This document shows positions 49,501-57,941 of a DNA stretch of 61,410 bases, piece after piece (the stretch's first letter is position 1; each line of letters opens with the position of its first letter). Made by a program: the position numbers and the translations under genes. Below the pieces are notes generated by a model. It ran no database searches, was not told the origin of the DNA, and saw only the letters and a program-made list of their open reading frames with translations. Source of the stretch: Azonexus sp. (GTDB lineage Bacteria > Pseudomonadota > Gammaproteobacteria > Burkholderiales > Rhodocyclaceae). The stretch is from NCBI GenBank assembly GCA_034004105.1, contig JAVEXE010000001.1, forward strand, positions 1 through 61,410, given 5' to 3'.

Positions 49501-49857
49501 AACGACAAGCTAAACGAGGAAGAGAAGCGCTATCTGCGTGAGGGGCTGGAGAACGACGATCAACTCGCCGTCTTCGACCTTCTGCAGAAGGAGTCACTGA
49601 CCAAGGGCGACCGCGACCGTATCAAGCAGGTAGCCATGGAACTTTTGGACAAGCTGATGGCCGACAAACTACAGATCGATCACTGGCGCGAGAAGGCGAC
49701 GGCGCAGGCGCAGATCAAGGCCGAGATTATCAAGCACCTGTATGCGGCCCTACCTCAGGGGTCTTACGATTCAGACGAAATATCACTCAAGGCTAGTCTT
49801 GTCTTTGCGCACATCTTTACATCAGGCATTGGCGGCGGTGCCAGGGTATACCACTGA
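46564..49857 (+). CDS. hsdR: Type I R-M restriction subunit
   Basis: RPDIIGFVNGLPLVFIELK, HTQGSGKS, DEAHR, GFTGTP, MWLTGFD, QAIARVNR. Confidence 0.95.
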   Translation: MAKKDYSEDLLIQAPTAEFLEQELGWQSVFAHDEEDFGPESLLGRHSDRETVLRREVDAALHRLNPGLPEEAYAEALGHVLLEDITKTLLQTNEEKYRLLKDGVPVRVRGADGRLADKRLRLIDFDTPGNNRFLAVRELWVRGRLWLRRPDIIGFVNGLPLVFIELKRFEVHIDNAYKKNYRDYLDTIPHLFHWNALIVISNGADAQYGSITSTMEHFYRWKRLDEDDPEPKADQPLLPILLRGMLGQDTLLDLVENFVLFDRSEGEVVKIVARNQQTLGVNRVIERLVSDDPAVRADMAMGRLGVFWHTQGSGKSYSMVFLTEKIHRKISASWTFVVITDRTELDDQIAGTYTNCGKADSKTDQAKSGEQLRKMLRDQNRRYVFALVQKYRELVTEPYSLRPDIVVISDEAHRTQYGRLALNMRKALPKAKFIGFTGTPLIDTAEKQLTREVFGDYVSIYDFQRAVADKATLPLFYENRGEKLRIVDPTVNERIEQRIEAARQTATMDDPWTEEKEEKLYRELSRDYPILTSPTRLDKVAQDFVDHYHQRWRVVENGGGKAMLVCLDKITCVKMHDLIVAKWQAKIGELEGKVAAEEALFAAKGKNPDVLLQIRREQVEWMKATEMCVVVSQEQGEVAEFKKWKNWQDAPLDITPHREKMVTRNLEKEFKKADNPFRVAIVCAMWLTGFDVKCLATLYLDKPMQGHTLMQAIARVNRVGGGKKLGLIIDYNGMLKSLRRALATFAQGDRSGGKGAGEADALRDDSEALAEYADSLKQATGFLGDLGYDLGDLIAAQGFNKQSLILRAVDLLCETDERRKTYQVIVEDVQARHRGLFPHPGLFAHDAKESAVSAIYNKLQDARTTPDVSALLQSFYEVVDTALTTDGGGTRLVAKQPVKQYDLSNIDFTRLRAEFEKSPFKNVVTLNLKEKIEERLAMMLARNPTRVDLYERYQEIVKEYNKDKDAAEIQKVMDDLFAFNDKLNEEEKRYLREGLENDDQLAVFDLLQKESLTKGDRDRIKQVAMELLDKLMADKLQIDHWREKATAQAQIKAEIIKHLYAALPQGSYDSDEISLKASLVFAHIFTSGIGGGARVYH

Positions 49858-50057
49858 TCCCGAGTCTCACCTCACCTGCTCAAGATTGGCATTCAGTGAT
49901 CCGACCATGATGTTGCAGATCTTCCGGCCATATTTGTCTTCCGTCTCGTACTCGGCACGAACCTCGTGGCTGAACCGCCGTCACACCAGCGCCGACTTTC
50001 TTCGAATCTCGATGGCGGGAGCATGGACGGTTAAGGAAGTCGGAGAAAGAGTCTCGT

Positions 50058-50819
50058 TCAGGCAAATACCCGCTGCAAATCATCCAGCAAGGAAGCCAGC
50101 GTCACGCCTGCACCAAGCTTGAGACTGGCCGTGTGGTCCGCCTGGCTGAGCGCAGCGCCGATAAAAGTCGCCACGTCCGCGCCAACAGCCTCAGGCAAAG
50201 GAACGCGGGCATCCAGTGGCAGAATGCGGCTCAACCTCAGCACGTCGTTGAAATGCTTGCGGATGTCCTTCTCATCCACCGCATGGCCTGCAGCCTTGCG
50301 CTCCCGCAGATCGAGCCATGCCTTCATCTTCAACGGAATCAAAACCCGCTCATTTACCCACGACAGCCCCTCAAAGTGCACCATGCCCTGATGCAGCATG
50401 GCGTAATACGCGTCATCCAGCAGAATCGCGGAAAGACTGGCGACCGATTCATCGAACGGTATTGGCGTCAGCACCCGTGGAGGCGAGTAGCGGATGCCAT
50501 CGGGCAGCCGCGAAAAAAGCTCCAGCATGGCCGGATAAGCCGGATCGGCGGGCTTGCTGAAACGGTAAAACCTGCGTGGCTCAGCCGCTTCCTGCTGCAC
50601 CCGATAACCACCAGCATCGACGAAACGCCAGAAAGTGCGGCCAAATTCTGGCGTCAGCGCCTCTGCCAGCAAGACGATGTCGAGATCCTTGGTCAGCCGG
50701 GCATCCAGCCCCGCCGCATCCATCGCCAAAAAGCTTGCCGTGCCGCCGATCAGGACATACTGATCCGCGAAATCGGCAAAGTATTGCCGAAACACCTCCA
50801 GCCCGTGCGGTGCGCTCAT
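50058..50819 (-). CDS. AbiEii-like nucleotidyltransferase (type IV TA toxin)
   Basis: YVLIGGTAS...RLTKDLDIV...KMKAWLD...KHFND. Confidence 0.75.
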   Translation of the reverse strand: MSAPHGLEVFRQYFADFADQYVLIGGTASFLAMDAAGLDARLTKDLDIVLLAEALTPEFGRTFWRFVDAGGYRVQQEAAEPRRFYRFSKPADPAYPAMLELFSRLPDGIRYSPPRVLTPIPFDESVASLSAILLDDAYYAMLHQGMVHFEGLSWVNERVLIPLKMKAWLDLRERKAAGHAVDEKDIRKHFNDVLRLSRILPLDARVPLPEAVGADVATFIGAALSQADHTASLKLGAGVTLASLLDDLQRVFA

Positions 50820-51823
50820 TCTTCAGCATCCTTCATCATGGCTTCCAGAGCCTGCGCCACCCGCTCATCTGCCTCGGCCGCAGTCTGCAAACTCAGGAAC
50901 AGCGAATAGCGGTCGACGCTGCGAACGGGCGGCTCGATCAGGATGTGGGGATCGTAAGACCAGATCTCCACCTCCACCGCCCCCTCGAACAGTTCTTCCG
51001 CTTGGCGCAGCGAGGGCAGTCGATCCAGCAGCGACCACCATGCCGCATCGCTCAACGCCACCGCCGGAACCGCCGGCCCTGCCAGCATCGAATATTCTGC
51101 CAGCGCCGTCAGGCCGGCCATGGGGAGCCGCTGGCGTTCGTCCTCGGGCAAGTTGCACCACCGTCGCCGCAGCACAGGCGAGCGCAAGGCCGGCAGCGCC
51201 GCCTGCCATACCGCTGCGCGCGTGCCGTTCAGCGACCAGCGCGTGCTGCGTCCCGCACCCTGCAAATTCACCAGCCCCCGATCCAGCAATTCGCGCCGTG
51301 CGCGGGTCAGGGTCATGGCGCTGTAACCGAAGCGCCGGGCAATCGCCGAAGCATGGTCATCCTCCCCCCAATACCCCAACAGCCCCGCCAGCAACACCGC
51401 CTGCGCCGCCGGTCCCAGTGCGGGGGCGTGATGTCGCGCTTGCGCCGCATACTGCTCGCGCAAATCCACGCCCAGCGGGGGCAGGAACAACTGCCGCCCC
51501 GGCACCACGAAGGGTACAAACAGCTCCAGCAGCCGCTGCCGCTGACGCGCGGTCATTTCCGCCTGGCCATAGAGTACGGGCAGACCGGCCAGTCGCTCGA
51601 CCAGACGCAACTGCCGTTGCAGCTCAACCGGGGTCGGCGCCTCTTGCTTCGCCACCATTAGCAAGCACACCTTTCCCCACAGGTCGAGTTCATGAAAGGC
51701 AAACCCGTCCGCCAAATAGCGCGGCAGCGTCTTCACCCCTGGCCAGGCCGACAAGGCAGGCACGGCAATGCCCAGCGTCGTCGCCAGATAGGTTTGCAGC
51801 GCCTTGCGGAAATCATGGGTCAC
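50816..51823 (-). CDS. AbiEi-like antitoxin with internal winged HTH
   Basis: ASAIARRFGYSAMTLTRARREL; C-terminal VDRYSLFLSL..DERV; overlaps the NTase gene; probable GTG start at 51823. Confidence 0.7.
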   Translation of the reverse strand: MTHDFRKALQTYLATTLGIAVPALSAWPGVKTLPRYLADGFAFHELDLWGKVCLLMVAKQEAPTPVELQRQLRLVERLAGLPVLYGQAEMTARQRQRLLELFVPFVVPGRQLFLPPLGVDLREQYAAQARHHAPALGPAAQAVLLAGLLGYWGEDDHASAIARRFGYSAMTLTRARRELLDRGLVNLQGAGRSTRWSLNGTRAAVWQAALPALRSPVLRRRWCNLPEDERQRLPMAGLTALAEYSMLAGPAVPAVALSDAAWWSLLDRLPSLRQAEELFEGAVEVEIWSYDPHILIEPPVRSVDRYSLFLSLQTAAEADERVAQALEAMMKDAEE

Positions 51824-52095
51824 GATAGTAACGCCTTTAATGTCACTTAACACTTACGAAGTTAAACACCATAATTGACGTTAGTAAAGTCCTTTTTCAT
51901 CCGCCAGGTACCGATCCCGTTCCGCTGTTGCCGTCCCGCCAGCGCCGACTTTTGGTGACCAAATATGATCGAGCTCCCCGGCCACGGGATGCGATACCAC
52001 GGGAGGAGGCAGATAAGGAAAGTGCATCATGCCTTCCTAGAATGATCAGCCATGCGCACTATGTTCGGCAACATCTAAAGGCATTGGGTGCGTCT

Positions 52096-52413
52096 TTACG
52101 TAATCTTCAGTTCGCGACCATTATCTATCACGTACAGTCTCACATCGCTGAGGCGGTATTGTCCGCCGGGCCCACCTTGGACGACATACCCCAAGGGATC
52201 GCCAGCCTCAACGAAAACTGGAAATGGAAAACCTCCCCAACGCTTCGGATCAGCTATTGCCAGGTCATTCTGGTAGCAGTACTTGCTGCTGCGTTTGATC
52301 TTGGCGTACAGCTGTTGGCCTCGAGTGATTTTCTCGGCCTGCTCCTGTTCGTATTGTGCGATCTTTAGCCGCCCCTCCGGCGTGCTCGCATCAATCAGAT
52401 CGTAGGCACTCAT
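52096..52413 (-). CDS. Hypothetical protein
   Basis: ATGA-coupled last gene of the mobI unit. Confidence 0.6.
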   Translation of the reverse strand: MSAYDLIDASTPEGRLKIAQYEQEQAEKITRGQQLYAKIKRSSKYCYQNDLAIADPKRWGGFPFPVFVEAGDPLGYVVQGGPGGQYRLSDVRLYVIDNGRELKIT

Positions 52414-52889
52414 TTGCAATCCTCGTCAGACATTTCGCGCTTTCGTTGGACACCTGAATTGCTGTAACCGCGATGCTTGGCTTGTGTCTTTCGTTTGATT
52501 CTGCGCCTCACCTGCCTGCTCATGGGTTGTGGTTCTTGGGTACCACCATTTGCCAGAGCGTTGGCATCAAGGTATGCCATCCTCGCAATTATTAGTGACA
52601 CGATCCAGCCTGCAGCTTCCGTGTAGGCTCCCACCCACACCATGAATGCGCCAAGCACGGTTCCAATTGAAATCTGGAGCCATATGGGCAATATTTCTCC
52701 AGTTTCTGCCATCCACCTCAGAGTGGATTCCCTAAACAGCATTGGGGACAAGAGCAGGCTGAACGCGACGTAGAACTGGGCTGCATACCTTGCCGCTTTG
52801 ATGTCATAACCCCACCCTGCCACCACGGCGGCAGCGAATGCCGCGACCGGTATAAGTGCCTTGGCTTTCATGCTTGAGGTGACTGTCAT
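52410..52889 (-). CDS. Hypothetical multi-TM protein
   Basis: About 4 hydrophobic segments and a basic tail; ATGA-coupled. Confidence 0.6.
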   Translation of the reverse strand: MTVTSSMKAKALIPVAAFAAAVVAGWGYDIKAARYAAQFYVAFSLLLSPMLFRESTLRWMAETGEILPIWLQISIGTVLGAFMVWVGAYTEAAGWIVSLIIARMAYLDANALANGGTQEPQPMSRQVRRRIKRKTQAKHRGYSNSGVQRKREMSDEDCK

Positions 52890-53110
52890 TTCGTACTCAT
52901 TTCACAGTCGGCACCATTTCGCGATTGATTCAGCGCTTCAGTACTGCGTAAGGCCATTAGCTTGGCCACTAGGTCGGCATCGTCAGCGGCATCAATGGGA
53001 TCTCGCGCTTCAAGGTCCTTTACTGCGCTTTTGACCCACGTCCTGACGGAGGGATCGGTCATTACGGCCAATCGAGCGTGGTCGTAAGAATTGGGCTTTT
53101 CCAGCGGCAT
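52886..53110 (-). CDS. 74-aa hypothetical protein
   Basis: ATG at 53110 overlaps the mobI stop; MPLEKPNSY...RDPIDAADDA. Confidence 0.6.
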   Translation of the reverse strand: MPLEKPNSYDHARLAVMTDPSVRTWVKSAVKDLEARDPIDAADDADLVAKLMALRSTEALNQSRNGADCEMSTK

Positions 53111-53586
53111 CAGTCCGCCCCCTCCTTCAACAGCCTGGCAGAATCGCTTGAGGCCACCTTGGCAGCGTAACGGACGGCAATGATTGCCTTGATGACGTGA
53201 CTGGCTTCGCGCCGAATCGCACCCAGTTTTTCCTCGGTGTCCTTGATAAGCGGCTTTTCCCATTCCTTTGCATGCGCGTAGAGCTTCGGCAGGTGGTAGC
53301 CGTGGCTGCCAGGGGGCTTGGTGATGGTGATCCTGATCATCTTCCTGTTGTCCAGTTTCTTCGACCCGTACCACTTCAAACCACACCAATCGATCCTGAT
53401 CGAGTTGCCCTTCTTGTCACACCGCAGTTGCAGGGTGCTCCTGTTTTCCCATCCAGGAGATTGGCGCTCGTAGGACCTAACAGCCTCCCAATGCTTCATA
53501 ACGATTTCGTACGCCCGGTCATGCAGGGCCTCCATGCGGTCTTCCAATGCATCTCTTGCCGCCATGTACGGGTCTTGTTTTTCCAT
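53110..53586 (-). CDS. mobI: MobI-family relaxosome auxiliary protein
   Basis: SIRIDW...GYHLPKL..HAKEWEKPLIKDTEEKLGAIR resembles IncC/SXT MobI; next to a palindrome-rich intergenic region. Confidence 0.72.
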   Translation of the reverse strand: MEKQDPYMAARDALEDRMEALHDRAYEIVMKHWEAVRSYERQSPGWENRSTLQLRCDKKGNSIRIDWCGLKWYGSKKLDNRKMIRITITKPPGSHGYHLPKLYAHAKEWEKPLIKDTEEKLGAIRREASHVIKAIIAVRYAAKVASSDSARLLKEGAD

Positions 53587-53624
53587 GCTGCCGAGCTCCT
53601 ATTACTTCTAAGCAATCCGACCAC

Positions 53625-53810
53625 GAATTGCTTCTATGAAATATTGCGTGATGAATTTCCTTCGCTTCTATAGAAGCAATCCGGTACCCGATCGCTTCTA
53701 TAGAAGAGACGTGTTTGGGTTGATTGGAAAGGTTGCCGGAGTCATTCGATGAAAGGATTGGTGCTTCTATAGAAGCGAAGTAATGGCAAATCGCTTCTAT
53801 AGAAGCACCG
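53625..53810. repeat. Putative oriT: cluster of GCTTCTATAGAAGC palindromes
   Basis: Copies at 53664, 53694 (13/14), 53763 and 53793, plus a degenerate one at 53630; upstream of mobI. Confidence 0.6.
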
Positions 53811-54027
53811 CTTTTGCTGCCCAAACCAGTCAATGCATGAAGATCGATAAAGGTTCTCGAGTTCCCCCACATTGACGAAGAATGTATTGGCACCGCCCTA
53901 CCCTTTCCTGATGCTGAATTGACCATGTGTCATAAGCCATTCCACCTATTCGATTGCGTTCAGCCGTACTGCCTGACTTAAGTAGCGATCGATCAGCCTA
54001 GCAAAGCGATTGCCTGAATCCGATTCG

Positions 54028-54052
54028 AAAAGCATCAACTTTGGATGCTTTT
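54028..54052. promoter_or_regulatory. AAAAGCAT-N9-ATGCTTTT operator between mobI/oriT and parM
   Basis: Perfect arms. Confidence 0.7.
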
Positions 54053-54081
54053 CACCTCAGTTTTGAGACATGCCACTGCTA

Positions 54082-54225
54082 AGTTGTCTAGCAGTCCGCT
54101 GGCAGTCATCAGGCAGGGACAACTTGCATGGCAAAGCTTGAAAGTCTTCCAGGAGTGCACTGGTAGTTCCCTGAAAGTTCGCCTCGCAGGAAATACGAAT
54201 CGCAGTTCTCTCAAAGTTCTCTGGA
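54082..54225 (+). repeat. Putative parC centromere: degenerate 11-bp phased repeats
   Basis: AGT/AGG-starting units at 54082/93/104/115, 54143/154/165/176 and 54204/215. Confidence 0.55.
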
Positions 54226-54232
54226 GGTCATC

Positions 54233-55207
54233 TTGAACATCCTTGGCATCGATATCGGCTACTCCAATCTCAAGCTCGCTTTCAGCAAGAGCGGCGAGAA
54301 ACCGAAAACAATTCTTCGCCCGGCAGGCGCAGCTCCGGCCGACAGATTCGGAAATCGTTTCGACGGAAAGGTTCAGGCCGATTTTCTTCACGTCCTTGTC
54401 GGGGACGAGGAGTTTGTTGCTGGTGTATCGCCCGACCGAGCGGAAATGTGGACACGCTCACTGCATGCCGATTACGCATCGAGTCATTCCTACAAGGCAC
54501 TGTTTCACGCTGGATTGCTTCTGTCTGAGATGGACAGGATCGACACCCTTGTTACCGGCCTCCCTGTCTCACAGTACCTCGACGAGAACCGAAAAAAGGT
54601 ATTGGTTGAGCAAATGCAAGGTACCCATCAGGTCACCCCCAAGCGAGCAGTCACCGTTGAAAATGTAAAGGTGGTCCCGCAACCCATCGGGGGGCTTCTC
54701 GACTACATCGCCCAGGAGGATGCAGACATCGAGGATGCCCGAGTCCTGGTTATCGATCCCGGCTTCTTCTCAGTCGACTGGGTGGTCATTGCGCACAAGG
54801 ATCTGCATCGGCAGTCGTCAGGCACCAGCCTCAATGCCTCATCGGTTGTCCTGGAGGAGGCATCTCGTCTGATCGCCAAGGATCACGGATCCGCAGTGAA
54901 CACCGAGACGCTTGAGAATGCCATACGTTCAGGAAAATCGACGGTATTGGTACTCGGACAACGCGTTGACCTGGCGCCATACATTGAACAGGCTGCCCAG
55001 ACCGTTGGCCCGGTGGTGCTGGAGGCTATCCAGAAGTCGCTGCGCATCGAGAGCAGGATGCCCGACCTGGTGGTACTCGTTGGCGGAGGAGCAACCTTCT
55101 TCCGCGATGCCGTACAGAACACATTCGATAAATTGAAGGTAGTCACACCCAAGGATGCGGTGTATTCGAATGCACGCGGCTTCTGGCTGATGGGGAACAC
55201 CTTGTGA
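54233..55207 (+). CDS. parM: ParM/StbA actin-like partition ATPase
   Basis: GIDIGYSNLK, LVTGLP, PQPIG, IDPGFFSVD, LVGGGA, NARGF. Confidence 0.92.
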   Translation: MNILGIDIGYSNLKLAFSKSGEKPKTILRPAGAAPADRFGNRFDGKVQADFLHVLVGDEEFVAGVSPDRAEMWTRSLHADYASSHSYKALFHAGLLLSEMDRIDTLVTGLPVSQYLDENRKKVLVEQMQGTHQVTPKRAVTVENVKVVPQPIGGLLDYIAQEDADIEDARVLVIDPGFFSVDWVVIAHKDLHRQSSGTSLNASSVVLEEASRLIAKDHGSAVNTETLENAIRSGKSTVLVLGQRVDLAPYIEQAAQTVGPVVLEAIQKSLRIESRMPDLVVLVGGGATFFRDAVQNTFDKLKVVTPKDAVYSNARGFWLMGNTL

Positions 55208-55464
55208 CCGGATTTCGCGTCATCATGACCGTCACAGAAGAGGCCAGCCCGGAGCTGTACAAAGCATTGCAAGCTGTCCCATCACGACTTCGGGCGGAAC
55301 GAGTACGTACCCTTTCCGCCATTGGCTTGACAGCCGTATCTGGCACCGGGGTGCAGACCAGAGTAATTGCCTCTGGCAATGAGCATCCTGTACAGGATAA
55401 AGCTGCGCCGTCTGGCTCCGCTCGGGCGGTAAGCTTCGCAAGATCGCTTGCTGACGGCGTCTAA
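55204..55464 (+). CDS. ParR-like small DNA-binding adaptor
   Basis: 86 aa, GTGA-coupled to parM; SPELYKAL...RAERVRTL. Confidence 0.65.
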   Translation: MTGFRVIMTVTEEASPELYKALQAVPSRLRAERVRTLSAIGLTAVSGTGVQTRVIASGNEHPVQDKAAPSGSARAVSFARSLADGV

Positions 55465-55480
55465 CCAGAGACAACAGAAC

Positions 55481-57370
55481 ATGCCTTTGGTTGAGCGCAA
55501 GGTCGGTCGGCATCATCTCGCGTTCTATCGCGGATGGGTGCAGGGGTTGGATATTAAATCTCTGGCCGACCTCTACCTTGAAACAGGTCTGGATCTTCGG
55601 CTGGCCAAGGCAACGCTTACATGGCTGCGCGACACACTTAGCCAGGCCGCTTTACGGCATGGTCGCTGGGGCGAGGCTCGGCTTCTGAAACTGCATCTTG
55701 CCGGCGAACAGCGTGATTGTCAGAAAGACTATCCAGCGCTGGAGGAGTTTCGCGTTGAGCATGATCCCGAAGGGTTCTATCGCGAGGACGAGCTGATCCA
55801 GCTATATCTGCAAACTTTCCCCCAAGCGGCAGACAAGAAGGTTGGCCAGCGACGCCGCCTCCTCGAGCAGCAACTAGGGGCTTTGGTCTGGATAGAGCAA
55901 CTGCTCGCCACGGAACCTGTTCCGGATGATTTGGTTTCTGCATGGTTCGACAAACCTGTCGCCGACAGATTGATTCTGGCTGGCATTTCCACCATTGGCG
56001 CAATGCACGAGCGCATCAGGGAGCGCGGATATCGCTGGTGGCTGACCGTACCAAAACTCGGCGAAAAAGGCGCGGCCAGAATCGTTGCTTGGCTTCGGGG
56101 CTACGAGCAAACGCTTGGGCCACTACCTGGTCACGCATTGGCACCGGTACGTACCCAGTCGACACCCAGCCTGATCCAGCAAAGAGATCGAGTAACCGCC
56201 ATCGTGCCGATCGAGGCACTGGAGGTTCCCGTGTCTCTCGCAGGAAAATCAGGGTCCAATCGCTATCCTGGACGACCACGAATTGATGCGATCAATGATC
56301 ACCATGCCATTCAATCCTGGCTGACAACGAAGGCCGGGAGCCCAAACACAGAGCGTGCCTACCGTAAGGAAGCTGAACGCCTCCTGCTATGGGCGGTCAT
56401 CGAAAGACAGAAAGCACTCGCTGATATGGAGGTTGATGACTGCACCGCTTACCGGGACTGGCTATCGATGCTTGGCCGTACCGTTCCCTCTCAATGGCCA
56501 TACAGAATTCCTCAGGAGAGTTGGATAGGAAAGCGGAACACCCCACGCTTCAGTCCGAACTGGAAGCCATTCGATGGGGCACTTTCAGCGTCAAGTGTGC
56601 GCCACACGCTGACAATCGTATCGAGCTTATTTGAATGGCTCGTCCGGGTCCAATACTTCGCCTTCAACCCGTGGGACGTAGTTGGGAAAAAACCGGCCTC
56701 TCAAACCGATGCGCCAGAAGACTTGGAACTGACCAGAGTATTTTCTGAGGCGCAGTGGCAATACCTGAACGATCATCTTGAAACAAAGCCTGACGATCCA
56801 CATGCGCGACGACTGCGCTTTGTGTTGCCGTTCGCCTACGCCACCGGCCTTCGGCTATCCGAACTGGTCGATGCCATGATTGGCAGGATCTACACCATGT
56901 CAGTTAGAAATTCCATCCGGGCACGATGGATGCTCAAGGTGCGTGGCAAGGGAGGAAAGTGGCGCGCGGTTCCTTTGCCTGACAGTGTCCTGTCCGCTCT
57001 TCATCAATACCTCAGCCAACGTGGGCTGAACCCCGATCCTCTGGACAATCTACCCGAGACACCTCTGATCGCCAATCTGAATGGAATCGATGCTGTAACA
57101 CCAAGCAGCCTGTACAAGACGCTGCGAACGTTGTTCCAGTCTGCCGCTGAAGCATTGCGTAGAGACGGGCACACCCAAGAGGCAAAGGATTTCGATCGTG
57201 CCTCAGTGCATTGGCTACGGCACACACGTGGAAGTCACCTTGGGACCGCTGGCATGCCGCCGAATCTAATTCAGAAACTACTTGGCCATGCCAGCCTGGC
57301 AACCACCAGCATCTATACCGAGTCTGACGACGAGCGCCTATGGCAAGAGCTGACCGAACTGGGGGGGTAG
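55481..57370 (+). CDS. Large tyrosine recombinase with N-terminal extension (DUF3701-like), probable plasmid resolvase
   Basis: TERAYRKEAERLLLW, YATGLRLSE, GKGGK, HWLRHT, LGHASLATTSIY. Confidence 0.9.
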   Translation: MPLVERKVGRHHLAFYRGWVQGLDIKSLADLYLETGLDLRLAKATLTWLRDTLSQAALRHGRWGEARLLKLHLAGEQRDCQKDYPALEEFRVEHDPEGFYREDELIQLYLQTFPQAADKKVGQRRRLLEQQLGALVWIEQLLATEPVPDDLVSAWFDKPVADRLILAGISTIGAMHERIRERGYRWWLTVPKLGEKGAARIVAWLRGYEQTLGPLPGHALAPVRTQSTPSLIQQRDRVTAIVPIEALEVPVSLAGKSGSNRYPGRPRIDAINDHHAIQSWLTTKAGSPNTERAYRKEAERLLLWAVIERQKALADMEVDDCTAYRDWLSMLGRTVPSQWPYRIPQESWIGKRNTPRFSPNWKPFDGALSASSVRHTLTIVSSLFEWLVRVQYFAFNPWDVVGKKPASQTDAPEDLELTRVFSEAQWQYLNDHLETKPDDPHARRLRFVLPFAYATGLRLSELVDAMIGRIYTMSVRNSIRARWMLKVRGKGGKWRAVPLPDSVLSALHQYLSQRGLNPDPLDNLPETPLIANLNGIDAVTPSSLYKTLRTLFQSAAEALRRDGHTQEAKDFDRASVHWLRHTRGSHLGTAGMPPNLIQKLLGHASLATTSIYTESDDERLWQELTELGG

Positions 57371-57372
57371 TC

Positions 57373-57591
57373 ATGCGAGTTGAGCTCCGCACTGCAAGCC
57401 GAGGATACCTCTTGATCCTGGAGCAGGATCTGTTTGGCGAATTCGTATTGTTCAGGCAATGGTATGGGCTACAGAACAGGCGCGGCGGAATCAAAAGGCA
57501 GATCTTCCGTGACGAGGAGTCAGCCAAGCGCGAGTTTGTGAGAGTCCAGAAGTTGCGGGCCAGGCGGGGTTACTGTCCCCTTGGCCAATAA
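57373..57591 (+). CDS. Stand-alone WGR-domain protein
   Basis: RGYLLILEQDLFGEFVLFRQWYG...KLRARRGY. Confidence 0.75.
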   Translation: MRVELRTASRGYLLILEQDLFGEFVLFRQWYGLQNRRGGIKRQIFRDEESAKREFVRVQKLRARRGYCPLGQ

Positions 57592-57900
57592 CAAAGTGCA
57601 TTTGAATTACTTCCAGAGCACTTTGTGACCAGCAACAGCCGCCGATCAGGCCATGCTTTCCCCCTTGGTAGCTCACAGGAGACTTTCAGAGCACTCAATT
57701 TACCTCTAGGGTTTGATTCAACCCGCAGGAAACTTTCTGGGCACTTCTACGCTACCTGGCACAAACGGTCGAGGTCCCATGAAAGCGAGATGCACCTCCA
57801 GATGACTTGCAGGTAGCTTAGTGTCGACTGGTGCTGCCGGGGAATGAATCCGATCACAACTGCTTTCACTCAAAAGTCTGTCGCTCAAAAGTCTTGCAGT

Positions 57901-57931
57901 TTGTTAGATATTTTGTTAATTTATCTAACAA
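57901..57931. promoter_or_regulatory. AbiEi autoregulatory inverted repeat TTGTTAGATA-N11-TATCTAACAA
   Basis: Perfect 10-bp arms just upstream of the ATG at 57942. Confidence 0.65.
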
Positions 57932-57941
57932 CTAGACAGCC

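Noticed and set aside
50133-51828. Plus-strand ORFs of 258-361 aa
   Set aside because: Low-complexity translations antisense to the AbiE-like pair.
55481-57370. ICE integrase with att sites
   Set aside because: No tRNA or att repeat was seen; it is in an operon with parMR on an iteron replicon, so a plasmid resolvase is more likely.
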